This document shows, in pieces, positions 39,227 to 57,010 of a stretch of 64,000 bases of DNA (position 1 is the first letter of the stretch; the number at the start of each line of letters is the position of its first letter). Made by a program: the position numbers and the translations under genes. Under the pieces are notes generated by a model, which searched no databases, was not told where the DNA came from, and saw nothing but the letters and a program-made list of their open reading frames with translations. Source of the stretch: Octopus vulgaris (Eukaryota); assembly GCA_951406725.2 (NCBI GenBank), contig OX597818.1, positions 62,682,001 to 62,746,000 on the forward strand. Direction: 5' to 3'.

Positions 39227-40025
39227 TACATATATATATATATTCTGTTGTGTCTGGGGAGAGTCATTCTCTTTTAGAGCCTTATTATCTAACACTTCCA
39301 TACCCTTATTATTTAATACTTCCATAACCACAGTTTACACAGGTAGAGTAGTATAGTTAGTGGACTGTTAGGTAGATAAATGTATGTATGTATGTATGCG
39401 AGTGTGAGTGTGTGTGTATGCCTTTTTTATTATTATTATTATTTCTATTTATTTCCTTATTTATTATATATATATTTTACATTTTTATTTTATTTTATTT
39501 CTGTATGTAAGCATTTAGATATATAACCAAACAGATCAACATACAGACGGATAGGTACCCAGGTTACAAGAACAGACACATATGGAGACACGGATCCACA
39601 CATATAAAGATGCACATCCATACATACAAACATGATACGTAGTTACATAACACACACACAGATATGCACACACAACAAGACAGAGGTGCATACATGTACA
39701 AACACATGCTCACACACACATACATAGAAAATACACAGACACGGACATGCAAGCACATAGATATGCAGGATACGTACATACAGATGCACACACATATATA
39801 CATATGCACACACACATATATACATACACATGCAAACACACATACACATACATACGTACATGTATGCATGTATAGGCGTACACACACACACATGCGCACA
39901 AACAAACAAAAGGGAACACAGTGTAAATAACGTTTTCTGACATCTACCCATCCACAAACACAATCACGCATTCAGACACACACATACACACATTAAGACA
40001 GTTATATACAGTCACACACACAGGC
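37490..40025. repeat. Microsatellite cluster: TA/TAGA 37490-37820, TCTA/TGTA 38150-38610, TA/TG 39055-39242, degenerate CA 39560-40025
   Basis: Directly visible. Confidence 0.9.
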
Positions 40026-40270
40026 ACTCATTCATAAAAGAAATCATTTAAACCCACCATACTTTTGACCTGCACTCTCTCACCTTACTATTCTTATGCC
40101 TCCCTCCTCCTGCTTCGTTTGAACCCTTGAACCTTTAGAACCTTCTAGATTCTTCTACATTCAGCCACTCTGACGTCACTTCTTTATAAAGAGACACTCA
40201 TTATCGCCATGGGCTCCTTGAGAGCGGTCAGCTAAAAGTTTTTTTTGTGCATTTTGATGTCGACATAAGT

Positions 40271-40367
40271 TCCTTGATTTTCCTGACGAGAAATCTGCAT
40301 AATGTACTCCTTATTCCATTGGAATTAGGAATATGCAGCCTTCGAAACATATGTCGAGAATAAAGGA
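40271..40367 (+). ncRNA. Type I hammerhead ribozyme with intact catalytic core and long stem II
   Basis: Stem I tccttgattttc/gagaataaagga (11 of 12 pairs), CUGACGA 40283-40289, stem II GAA..CUGCAUA/UAUGCAG..UUC, GAAA 40344-40347, palindromic stem III ACAUAUGU, GUC cleavage after 40355. Confidence 0.85.
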
Positions 40368-40681
40368 TATTTGTTAACTAGTCATTCAACTCCATTCTTA
40401 AATATACTTATAATTTTAAAATAAACATACAAATTTCCGCACAAAAACACGTAGTCTATGCCCTAGGGACGTAGCTTCAACCGTGTTTTTTCTGATGTGA
40501 ATTTGCTACCCACTTATCAGTTATCTTTCGAATTATCCTTAATAAGATAATTCATTCAACTACTCAAATATATATATATATATAAGTTCAGCAAAAATTT
40601 AGATTCAAATGAATATGTTACTTAATTTAGATGCACAAGAATTCTGTATGTTGTTATCCATAAAAATCCGTAGGGTGATTA

Positions 40682-40956
40682 TAATCAAAATAAGCAACAT
40701 GAATTTGGTACGATCCGGTAATTTGGTACGATCGTTTCGTACCAAAATACGATCGTTTCGTACCTCGTATAACGTACACATATGTGTACATACACTCAGG
40801 TGAGATATGTCTGTATGCAAGTGTAAGCACATGCGTGTGTGTGTGTTCAAATATTTGACTGCCGCCTCACGTGAACACATATAGCATGGAAATTCTTAAT
40901 CAAATAAGCAACATGAATTTGGTACGATCCGGTAATTTGGTACGATCGTTTCGTAC
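40682..40956. repeat. About 60-bp direct duplication enclosing a 136-bp copy of 43744-43879
   Basis: 40682-40742 matches 40897-40956; 40764-40899 matches 43744-43879 with one mismatch seen. Confidence 0.92.
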
Positions 40957-41805
40957 TACATCATTTTATCAAATGTTGTAAGTATTACAACAGTTTTAAA
41001 ATGCTGAGCACTCATCAGCCAATTATAGATGTTTTCCATTAATACAAAAATGTTCATATCAAGTGGCAACATTATAGAGAAGGTAGATACATAGACAAAG
41101 ACGTGGATTTAAATTTTAAGAACATTTGAGGTAGTGGATCCCATCAACGGACTGACTAAGATTCAGTTGTTCCAGGCTACTGTAAGGTTCTGAGAGGGAA
41201 GAACAAATGAAGAGACAATAAAGATTTTCTAATTATAGAAAAGGGGATGTCATAGCTCCATATAAGGAATTAATGTAGAAGACAGCATTGTCACAACTAA
41301 ATGCTAATTACTACTATTTGATGAACAGATTCAGCGTTAGGAGAACTAGGTCAAAATCAAATGGTCACAATAACATTCACAGAGAATGCAGAGACCTTAC
41401 AAACCCTATGCATATCAACACAACAGTTGGTCTTTAAGTACTTTGACACGTTAGAATAAAGGAGAAAATATAAATCTAAAATTTATTCAAATTTGGAGAA
41501 AGAGACTATCACTTATTATGAGTAGGCATAGTACTTATTAACTGGGGGAAAAAACCTTATTAATCAAGTGAACGTATTAGGGGTCAAAATATGTACTAAG
41601 AAAGATGGAAGAGGGGAAAATCAAAGAAGGAAGATATTCATAGGTTAAGTGGAAGGCGATATTTTATATGAAGAGAGGTAATTTAGAAGAGTAAATTATT
41701 CAAATTTCATGGATAGTGAGTTGATATTAATGAATTAAAATATAGGATCTATTGGAAATAAAATTCACTACCTGCGGATAAAAGTTAATTAGTTAGGTAA
41801 GAATA

Positions 41806-42264
41806 TCTTAGGTTAATTATATATTAAGAAATGGGAGTGAGATAATCAGGATGAATCAAATAGTTTCCCTAGGGACATAGGATTAATGCTACTCAGTATT
41901 GGAGAACATTATAAAAAAGAAGAATTTAATTCTAAGTTTGCAATGAAGTTCTTTAATCATTTATGGGTGTTAAACTAAAACCTGTATGGTATATTCGTTC
42001 CTATTTGTTTAAATTTATTTTGTAAAGATATCTTAGACTATTTATATATTAAGAAATGGAATGGAGATAATCAAGGTGAACCGAATAGTTTCTTTAGGGA
42101 CATAGGATTCATACTATTTAGTATCCCTACAATTTGGGATTCATACTATTTAGGGTTCCAACTATTTAGATTCATACAATTTAATTTTAGAAAAAGGAAG
42201 AATTCAATTTTAAGTTTGCAGTGAAGTTATTTTAGTCAAAGCTAGTATGGTATATTCCTTCTTA
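41806..42264. repeat. Diverged tandem duplication, unit about 225 bp
   Basis: atcttag..tatatattaagaaatgg..agggacataggatt..aagtttgca..gtatggtatattc occurs twice. Confidence 0.75.
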
Positions 42265-42405
42265 TTAGGTTGTCCCAAAAGTTCGTAAACACTTGCGAAA
42301 ATTGAATTTTTACTCGCCAAGTACTAACAAAAACAACAAAAATTATTCCTCAAAATAAAGCCCATTATTTTCCAAGACTTTCTACGAACTTTTGGGACAA
42401 CCTTA
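42265..42405. mobile_element. 141-bp Tc1/mariner-type MITE
   Basis: Perfect 21-bp inverted repeat aggttgtcccaaaagttcgta (42267-42287 / 42383-42403), TA on both flanks. Confidence 0.88.
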
Positions 42406-42517
42406 TATTTGGTTATAAAGAATTACAATTTGAAAAATATAGGAATATTCATAAAATTATTATTTAAAGTATTTAAACGTATTTAAACGTTCGGGTCGTG
42501 CGATGTATACAATGTAT

Positions 42518-42574
<57 letters not shown>

Positions 42575-42976
42575 ATACATGCATACATACTCACACAGAC
42601 ATATACCAGAAGAGTACAATCATTGGGAATACATCGTAATTATGTCGTAGAGGGTTAAAGGCACTTACATGCCTAGAAATAGCAGTCAAAGCCGCCATAA
42701 AGCCACTATAATCCCTCATATTATTCCTCTTCAAGCATAAATGCTGTCCGCTATAGTTGTGACTTATTCACAATTATTGCACTCATCTTATATAATAATT
42801 CTTTGATTTCATATCCTGGCCACTGATATATTCGTGGATAATGTTGAATTGTCTACAATATATCCTGCGTAATGTGTTTTTACATTGATTCCTCTTTTCT
42901 CTGTTGTTCACTCATTCCCAACGTTGACGGACATTTATCAATACATAAACACGTGTATGTATTTTTTATTTATTTA

Positions 42977-43020
42977 TGTACCCGAAGAGACGCTCAATGG
43001 GTCGAAACATGCGCCGTACA
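42977..43020 (+). ncRNA. Degenerate hammerhead motif followed by AATAAA
   Basis: UGUAC-CCGAAGA-GAC[GCUCAAUGG]GUC-GAAA-CAUGC-GCC/GUACA; stems intact, two U-to-C core changes. Confidence 0.55.
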
Positions 43021-43094
43021 GAATAAAATCTTTTTTTTTCCATCTGTCTTATTAATGCTATGTATATGTATATACATATACATACATACATACC

Positions 43095-43129
<35 letters not shown>

Positions 43130-43137
<8 letters not shown>

Positions 43138-43350
43138 GTTTGTGTGTTTGTCCCCACCACCATCACTTGAAAACCGATGCTGGTGTGCTTACATCGCCGT
43201 AACTTAGTGGTTCGGATGGAGTGACCGATAGAATAAATAAGAACCTTACAAAATGTAAGTCTTTGGCGGATATGTTCAACTAAAGGAGGTGCTCCAGCAT
43301 GGCCGCAGTCAAATCACTGAAGCAAATAGAAGAAAAAAAGCAAAGAAAAG
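43130..43350 (+). mobile_element. SINE family B 3' half
   Basis: aaccgatgctggtgtg...ggaggtgctccagcatggccgcagtcaaatcactgaa. Confidence 0.8.
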
Positions 43351-44035
43351 AATATATGTGTGTCTGTGTTTGCATGTCTGTGATGTGTGTGTATGTATAT
43401 ATATATATATGTATATGTGCGTACACACACACACACACACATATATATATATTCATGTATGCGAGTATTTATATATGTGATTTACGTAAATGAAAGGAAT
43501 CACAAAATAGTTTCTGTAGAACCGGTCACATTACTAGAATCACTTCAGTGACGTCTTTCAATATGCAGGGCAGGATATAACATGTTTATTTTCATACAAT
43601 TACTTAGAATTCTTATCCGCACAAACGAACAGAGAACTTTCTCCACCGCATATATATGCATATTCATTCCGACATTCATGTATACATAATACATACATAC
43701 AAACAAGTATAAGTTCATATATATTCACTTATATTTACATATACTCGTATAACGTACACATATGTGTACATACACTCAGGTGAGATATGTCTGTATGCAA
43801 GTGTAAGCACATGCGTGTGTGTGTGTGCAAATATTTGACTGCCGCCTCACGTGAACACATATAGCATGGAAATTCTTAAATGCAAATTATAGTTTTTCAT
43901 GACAATAATACAGACCACTCAAATCTAAATTTCATACACTTATTTTATATATATACACAATATGCATACACTTACACATTTACATACATACAGACAGCAC
44001 ACGAAAATATAAAAAATGTCTATATATGTATATGC

Positions 44036-44085
<50 letters not shown>

Positions 44086-44260
44086 TTATGTATATATGTG
44101 TATATATGCATATGCGTATATATATGTATATAAGTTTGAATATATATATATAATAATAATATTAGGGTGTATAACTCCAAGCTTACAGGGAAAAATTCAA
44201 TTTAGTATTAAATCAAATTTCAAAATATTTATACATATATAACCAACTTCACGGCAGGAG

Positions 44261-44427
44261 GTGCAGATGAGGGCAGCTGCATCGAACTCTCTCATGCACC
44301 AAATGGCAGTTGCTAAAAAGCTTTCGTGAAGTAAAACCAAGTAGCAACACCAAATGGCGGTGCCCCAGCATGGCCACAGCTCATGAGCTGAAACTAGAAT
44401 CAATCAATCAATCAATCAATCAATCAC
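44261..44427 (+). mobile_element. Short 3' fragment of the CR1/L2-group LINE seen at 59893, with (CAAT)n tail
   Basis: Encodes PTSRQEVQMRAAASNSLMHQM (cf. EPTSRQEVQM in ORF 60001-60360); tail ggcggtgccccagcatggccacagctcatgagctgaaactag(aatc)n. Confidence 0.85.
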
Positions 44428-44857
44428 ATAAAATATAAATTAGAGATAAAACCACTATTATGCAATTCCAACAATTTTAGACATAAACCAAAACATAAAT
44501 AAGAAATATAAAATATTTTTATAAAACATATAACTAGATCACAAAAATTTTTTAAATGAATAATTAATATATAATAGTTTTAAAAAATACGTGAGTAAGG
44601 ATGATGCAACTGAGTTGTCCGCCCCTAAGAGCTGATTGCCTCCCTTGTTCTGGGAATTGAGTGAGTTCTGGTGTAGTCGTTTTAAAATTAATTCATTACC
44701 AATTATTTTTTTTAGCCAACGGATTTTTTCACTAAGCCCTTTACGAATCTTAATTTATGCATCATAATTGAATGTTTTACTTTTTGACAAGAAATCGACA
44801 TGGTTACTTAAACATCTCAAAAGAATCGCTGTGATTTTCCGAGTTGATTTTCCTATC

Positions 44858-45410
44858 TAGAACTTTTTCGTCTTTGGAGACGTCGGATTTTGCCATTCCA
44901 TTGATTGTTTAATCTGGTTAATTTTGAATGCAACTTTCATCATCATTTATGAGACTCTGATTGCAACCCTTTCACTGAATTAAAGGAGTTCATTGCAACA
45001 TTTAACCGTTTCAGTCTTGTGCTCAACAGCCATATATCTTGGTACCAGAGGAACAGAACTTTCAAGATCGAAGTGATTGAATAATGTCTTTAGGAAAGCC
45101 ATTGCTGACTCCAAGCTTTGAGACCAGCCCATCAGTTGTTACACTCCCCTCGGTCCCGTTTCAAACGTGTGTGTTTTCGTTGTTGGCAAGGTTCACCGAA
45201 GTTGATTAGCGGCCATTACCAGACAGAGCTTTAATTACTCAATTCTTTCTGCCCTGTTCAATTCATTTAGACGGTGGGCCCGTGACCAATGCTTTATCTT
45301 TACAAACAATTTCCAGTCTTTTGCGAATGATTACAGGAGCTTCTCCTTCAGCAATATGGAACTCAGTCACCTCTCATTGCCTTTAACAGATTTCAGGCGT
45401 AGCAGCCATT
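44858..45410 (-). pseudogene. Decayed mariner transposase fragment (second family)
   Basis: EVTEFHIAEGEAPVIIRKRL (N-terminal HTH), LINDDESCI (cf. IVTGDESW), QSMEWQNPTSPKTKKF. Confidence 0.7.
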
Positions 45411-45599
45411 TTCATATCAACTCATTTATTCGTATATCTAAAAAGCAAAAAAAAAAAAAAACGAAAAGAAAAAGAAAAAAAAACATCATCAAAATTGGAT
45501 AATTAAACATCAGAATTATGTCTTTACGTCTGTAGCAAACACCGAGTGACTTTATTTAAAGATGCGCCTCTTATGATAAAAATCATATTAGTTCTCGAC

Positions 45600-46485
<886 letters not shown>

Positions 46486-47081
46486 GTATTAATTTATTAC
46501 AACTTATTAGCTACCACAAGGGTGGGATTACTTCTATTTCCTAAATGTCCATCAGCTATATCTCTTTGGAATTTTGTCAACATCGTGAAACGTACTCAGA
46601 CGGGGGCCTTTGAAAGCGCCTGAAACTGTACTGTCAGTTTGATATTCACGCTGCGTCGCTCTTGAGTTTTCCTCCATAGCAAGAAAAATAATTAAATACA
46701 GACATACACACACTGACACGCACCTAAAAAAGAAATAAAATATATGTTTATATGTTTATTCAAAGGTTTAGTAAATAGCTGCACAAGCATGACCAAATGG
46801 GTAAAGGTGTTTGTTTATTGGAGAGAAGGTGTTGTGTTCGATAACATTTCTGTCACTACATATTTTTATTTGTTTCAGTTATTAGAATTGTTAGCCGAAT
46901 GAATCGTCGTCAGTATTTATTATATCATTTGAAGTCTTTTACTCATTCTATCATTCCTTTTAACTGTAGCCGCTCAGTTACGGAGTCGTAAACACACAAA
47001 CACCGGAGGTCAAGCGGTGGTGTGGACATACACGGACGCATAGAGACACACGCACAGATTAACAGAAACAGGCACGCATAC

Positions 47082-48180
47082 GTTTGTATCTTCCTGATGG
47101 GGCCAGAAGATGTCCAACTGCTGTTAGATCATGTGAACTCAATAAAGCCATCCATACGATTCAAAATGGAAAAGGAAGAAGACAATTAGCTGGCATTCCT
47201 GGATATATTAATAAATAACACGCACCAAATATGGATTCAGGACATCCGTATACCTCAAACCGACCTTTACTGGACGATACTTCAACTTCAATTCCCACCA
47301 TCCATACAGTGTAAAGAGAGGGATTTCTCAGTGCCTAAAACATCGTGCAAAGAATATAAGTAGTGATTGTGATAAAGACCACGAAGAAATGATCAAGCCC
47401 AATAACGATCTTTTAAGCAACCACTACACCAAAAGTATACTATCCACTCCAATTATGAAGAAGAGAGAGGATGAGGACAATAAACTGCCCACAGTCTGTC
47501 TACGCCATGTGAAAAGCCTCTCCTAAGAGATACAAAAAATATGTAGCCCATATGACATCAGGACAGTATTCAAGAGTAATACAACACTTCGCAAATATCT
47601 CCGTGTAAAACCACCAATAGAAGAGAATATGACCAAAAACTGTGCGTACTCCATCCCATACAGCTGTGGTAGGTTATACAAAGGCGAAACATGCCGCTCC
47701 CTCAAAATAATGGTAGACGAACATAGCAAAGCTGTGACCCGAGGAGATATTGATAAATTGGGTATAGCTGATCATCTATGGAAAAATGGAGACCACCTCC
47801 CCCTGTGGGATGAAGTTAAATCGATAGACAGAGAACACCACTGGAAAATACGAAAACTAAAAGAAACAGCACATATGCTAGGACACAACAACCTCCTAAG
47901 CAGACCGAGTGCAGATATGAGTAGCATATAGGAACCGGTATTAAGGAAGGATAGAAAAATATTAGATTTATAAGCCCTAAAATTCACTCCATAATCGCCC
48001 ACAACAACAACAACAACAACAACATCGAAAACTACCCGGGTTCGAAATTTCTCCAAGATACCTGAAGAAGGCTGGAGGTTATATTAGCCGAAACTTTGTG
48101 TTAACAACAAACAAGATGAGGTCAGATATCCGTTGAATGTAAATAATGTACATAATACCTCATTTCTTAAATATAGAATC
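47082..48180 (+). mobile_element. 5'-truncated Penelope-like element (RT C-terminus + GIY-YIG + terminal repeat)
   Basis: LLDHVNSIKPSIRFKMEKEEDN*LAFLDILI, KPTFTGRYFNFNSHHP, CAYSIPYSCGRLYKGETCRSLK..EH, GIADH, RKLKE; 3' repeat matches 19745-19933; preceded by a diverged family B fragment (about 46860-47050, minus). Confidence 0.9.
48057..48102 (+). ncRNA. Hammerhead motif in the Penelope 3' repeat (stem III mutated)
   Basis: GAUAC-CUGAAGA-A-GGCUG...UAGCC-GAAA-C-UUU/GUGUU; homologous to 19811-19856. Confidence 0.65.
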
Positions 48181-48854
48181 GGAATATGAAGATGTTAGCC
48201 ATGCTATGTACTGTGCCTTACCCGTTCTGGCTAACAAAGAAACGAGCATCACTCGTTTAGTAAACACAGGCAATATTAGGTGACATGTATTTGTATTTTT
48301 TTTTTAATTTTAAGATACAAACAGCTGAGCAAAACGAGATTTAAAGGAAGCATGGTTAATGTGGTTGGATTGAAATCTGGATGTGGGCGACACCTTCAGT
48401 TCGTCATCAAAAGCATTCGTTGCATGTTGTTTTTTGTGCAATAACGGAAATGAGATGGAGTGTTAACCTGAGCGGAGTAGCGAACAGTTCAGTGGATAGA
48501 TCTCTTACCTCTTTGGGTTACGCAGCATGGAAACGGGATTCAATTTTGGCTTCATGCGTTTGTTCGTTTAGGTTGACTTTTAATATTAAATTTCACCATT
48601 ACATATGTGTGTTTGCAAGTGTGTGTTTCTACGTATATATATATATATATGTGTGCATGTGTGTCTATTTGTGTCTGTATTTGACCTCACAATTACCTCC
48701 TGTCGACAGCCAGCGAGAGAGACATGTGTCCTGTCTGCCAGCTGGTTCTCATCTTCATCCAAAGGGTGCAAAGGATACCGAAGTGTCTTCCTGACACTAC
48801 ACCTGGCCGACATTTCAAATCCACCATTTTCTGACTTTGAGGTTAACAGCCAAG

Positions 48855-49084
48855 GGCGGCGAGCTGGCAGAAACTTTAGCACGCCGGTCGAAATGCGTAG
48901 CCTTATTTCGTCTGCCGTTACGTTCTGAGTTCAAATTCCACCGAAGTCGATTTTGCCTTTCATCCATTCGGGGTCGATAAATTAAGTACCTGTTACACAC
49001 TGGGATCGATGTAATCGACTTAATCCGTTTGTCTGTCCTTGTTTGTCCTCCCTGTGTTTAGACCCTTGTGGGTAGTAAAGAAAT
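48855..49084 (+). mobile_element. SINE family A monomer, 15-bp TSD
   Basis: aggttaacag(c/t)caag at 48840-48854 and 49085-49099. Confidence 0.92.
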
Positions 49085-50296
49085 AGGTTAACAGTCAAGC
49101 TACTAAGCCGCTACCCTATGTCTAATGTACACACACACACACACATACACACATGCAAAAGTACTCACACACACTTGCACCCATACAAAAATATACACTT
49201 ACACTAACTGACACAAGAAATGGAAAAGATAATACAGGTAACATTTCAAACACCTACTGTTCACTACATTACACTAGTTATTCGTTCAAATGAATCAAGA
49301 TATTTAATTATTTGCGAAAAGATATCACGTACGTGGCGATATCATATGTTGAAGAATTTATACGTTACCTAGATTCAATCTCGCGCTTCTATCAACTACA
49401 TTCAGTAAAATGTAATCAATATATAGTTGCCTTTAGTTATTCGCTGATTTAGCAATTAAAACCACGCATGCGCACATACACATAAATCCACACGTACTAA
49501 CACATATTCGAACACATTCATTCTCACGTGCATGTGTTTTAAGAAGCGTGGAAATATAAAGAATTTTTTTTTGAAAATGGTACCGAATGTAAAGCATGCG
49601 CAGGCACCGGGAATACTCACAAAGATAGAAACCAATTAAAGATATGGAAGATTGCAAAAAATACCAAGCTAAAAAAAAAAAAACGTCACTTCGAAATCTG
49701 TAAACGTTTTCTAGAAAAACAGACGATACGTTTATGAAAATAAAGGGAGATAAGTGAAAAGAAGAAGTAGCGAAAATTTGCACAGATTAATTCATTATAG
49801 ATACCAGGATGTCTTAAACATAGAAACCTAAAATTGATGATCAGCAAAAATATTTGCTAGCATTCATTATTGTACAGGAAGTTAAATATTGTTAAGGAAG
49901 TCGTACGAATGTTGGAAGTGACAGTACGCAAAATAACGAGGTGAATAGAAACCCAATTATTCAGACTCCACTCTCTCTTCTACAGAAACAAAAGCGAGGG
50001 AAATAAAAGTCGCATTAGTGGTAAAATAACGTGGGAGTTCTTCTTAAAAATAGATAAAAACACGAATGCTACAGACATCATCAAATTTATTGGAACAGAA
50101 CTTTGATTTCAATCTGATTTAAAACAAAATAACAAACAAACAAGCAGAAAATAAAGAAACATAAGCGAAGAAAATGAATTTGAATCCATAGGAAAACTGA
50201 AATTATGAAAATACGAATGAACTACGTCTCTATTGTTTCACATAGTGCTGTATTAGCATCCTAAACATTCAACAACGTCAGTGATATACAAATGTA

Positions 50297-50527
50297 AGGC
50301 GGCGAGCTGGCAGAATCGTTAGCACGCCGGACGAAATGCCTAGCGGTATTTCGTCTGCCTCTACGTTCTGAATTCAAATTCCGCCGAGGTCGACTTTGCC
50401 TTTCATCCTTTCGGAGTCGATTAAATAAGTACCATTTACGCACTGCGGTCGATATAATAGACTTAATCCGTTTATCTGTCCTTGTTTGTCCTCTGTGTTT
50501 GGTACTTTGTGGGTAGTAAAGAAATAA
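50297..50527 (+). mobile_element. SINE family A monomer
   Basis: Full element; probable TSD tataca(a/c)atgta. Confidence 0.9.
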
Positions 50528-50599
50528 GTATACACATGTATGGAACAGTTATGACTGAAGCGAATTTCGTTGTAGTCTCTTTAATGAAGGCCCCCGATA

Positions 50600-50850
50600 A
50601 TAAATCCCTCAGTTCCACCTATCCATTTTCTCTGCCCATAATTCCTGGGAGAGTCCGTCATAGAGTGAGAGGTCTCAGGCATCTCCTACATGTTCTATCA
50701 AAAGCAACCGTCGTTAAATTTCCCGGGTGGATGCTAAAGCGTGACAAACTGAAGTTGAATTCTGTTCATGCGATTTGAGGTTTGCTCCAATTCCATGTCC
50801 AGAGATTTACCAGAAGATTGCAGTGGGCGTGCAGCTCCTGACGCGAGACA
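50600..50850 (-). pseudogene. Possible RTE-type LINE C-terminal remnant
   Basis: [23 protein letters not shown] resembles the RTE L----I----W---A-DR--WR motif. Confidence 0.35.
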
Positions 50851-50879
50851 AGCTCTCAACTTCAGTTCTTATAAAAATA

Positions 50880-54937
<4,058 letters not shown>

Positions 54938-55222
54938 GGGGTGGATTTAATTTTTGAAAGTTCTATATTCAAATATGGAAGAAGAAACAAGTGGCTTAAT
55001 GTACAAGTAAGAATACATGCCTGTAGTTTCAAAAGATATCTAGCTCTTATTTGAATATAAGAATACGTCTGTAAAGCCACTCAAACTAATAAAGAACTCT
55101 GTGTTCTCAGAAATGTTTGAAGTTTCTGGGTAAATTCTAAAGTACAGTTATTAATTTCTGCAGAGAATGAAACAAAGGATTGTGAAATAGATTTTTTGCT
55201 TCGGGTTGGTAAGATTAGGAAT

Positions 55223-55543
55223 GGAGGCGCAATGCCCCAGCGGTTAGGGCAGCGGACTCGCAGTCGGAGGATGGCGGTTTCGATTCCCAGACCGTGCGTT
55301 GTGTGTGTTTATTGAGCGAAAACACCTAAAAGCTCCACGAGGCTCCCGCAGGGGGTGGGGGGTGGCGACCCCTGTTGTACTCTTTCTCCACAACTTTCTC
55401 TCACTCTTTCTTCCTGTTTCTTGAGTAACGCTTCGATGGACTGGCGTCTCGTCAAGCTGGGAGGAACACATATGCCACAGAAACCGGGAAACGGGGCCCA
55501 TGAGCCTGGCTCGGCTTGAAAAGGGCGACGTTCATCGACGTTT
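55223..55543 (+). mobile_element. tRNA-derived SINE with a V-domain-like 3' module, perfect 13-bp TSD
   Basis: taagattaggaat at 55210-55222 and 55544-55556; 3' part shared with 27932-28201, head and middle different. Confidence 0.88.
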
Positions 55544-55816
55544 TAAGATTAGGAATATTGTGTCTTCTTATGAACTTTTGTATCTGTTCGAAAGCAGGTG
55601 GTGAGAAGACATAACAAAGGAATAATCTTTAAACGAGATAATTTGTTAAATGGAAACATGGTTCGAATACGTGCTATTGCGTGAATTTCGTCGATGGGAC
55701 TAAAATTGAGTCAGAGATTATGATTTAGCATAATAATGAGGAAAATTTCCGCTGTTTCTGTTAACCCTAGCTTCATTTGAAACACTGAGAGGAAACCGAA
55801 ATTATATTAAAAGAAA

Positions 55817-56048
55817 GGCGGTGAGCTGGCAGAAACGTTAGCATGCCGGTCGAAATGCGTAGCCGTATTTCGTCTGCCGTTACGTTATGAGTTCAAATTC
55901 CGCCGAGGTCGACTTTGCCTTTCATCCTTTCGGGGTCGATAAATTAAGTACCAGTTACGCACTGGGGTCGATGTAATCGACTTAATCCGTTTGTCTGTCC
56001 GTGTTTGTCCCCTCTGTGTTATCCCCTTGTGGGTAGTAAATTAATTGT
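55817..56048 (+). mobile_element. SINE family A monomer, 15-bp TSD
   Basis: aattatattaaaaga at 55800-55814 and 56049-56063. Confidence 0.92.
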
Positions 56049-56595
56049 AATTATATTAAAAGATCTTTGCAGACGCTAAAGAGCTGTAGAACCGAACCCA
56101 TAACCAGGTTCTTCCAAAGTAAACCTGTTCACCAAGTGACTGTGTCTACACGCATATAATACTTTATCTTTTTCCCAAAATTCTCGTATTAATTGTTCAA
56201 AACTGCATTTCAATCAAGACTATTTTAGCCTTGAATGGAATGAAACAGGCAGATCACTACATCTTTGTTTCAAATCCAGGAAACGGTAACCGTATTTTCA
56301 TTTAAACAAAAACTCTCAATTAAAAAAATGTTATATTTGGAAATACGATTCTACATATAAAACGTCGAGATGGTAACGGGTGGAAGGTCTTCGATGATAG
56401 ATCTGTTTAAAGAAAGTGCGATTGGCATAAACAACAACATACACAGCCAATGAACGACTAATACATGTTAATACCGATAGACGTGAGGACAGCCATTACT
56501 TATTGTCCTGTAGTCATAATAGCGCAAAGCGCAATTACAAGTCATAAACATCGTATGCATGCATGCATGTATGTACGTATCTATCTGTTTGTCTG

Positions 56596-56634
<39 letters not shown>

Positions 56635-56910
56635 GTCTGGCTGTCTGTCTGTCTCCTGTCTGCCTGTTTCTCCCACTCTCTGTCTATAATTATTCATTTA
56701 TATATATATTCATGTGAGTGTTTGTGTGTGTGTGTGTTTCCATTGTTTACAAATAACACAGAAAAAATAAACAGTTACCAGGGTAGCAAAATTTCACACA
56801 AGTAACAAGAATGTAACAGCCTATTTATAAAGGTAGAATGTCCAGGTATGGGTAAAATGTTTTCTATAATATAGACAAATAAATGGAGTTAAACGCATGT
56901 GCTATTCAAA

Positions 56911-57010
56911 TTCTTTTACTTACAACACATGTTTCGAAGACAACATTGGTATTATTCCGGAAGGAATAAAATAGTGTAAAACAATGCAAACTTCTCATCA
57001 AGGAAAGAAT
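56911..57010 (-). ncRNA. Degenerate long-stem-II hammerhead, same architecture as 40271
   Basis: UUGAUGA-GAAG...CUUC-GAAA-CAUGU-GUU; C3-to-U change and weakened stem I. Confidence 0.55.
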
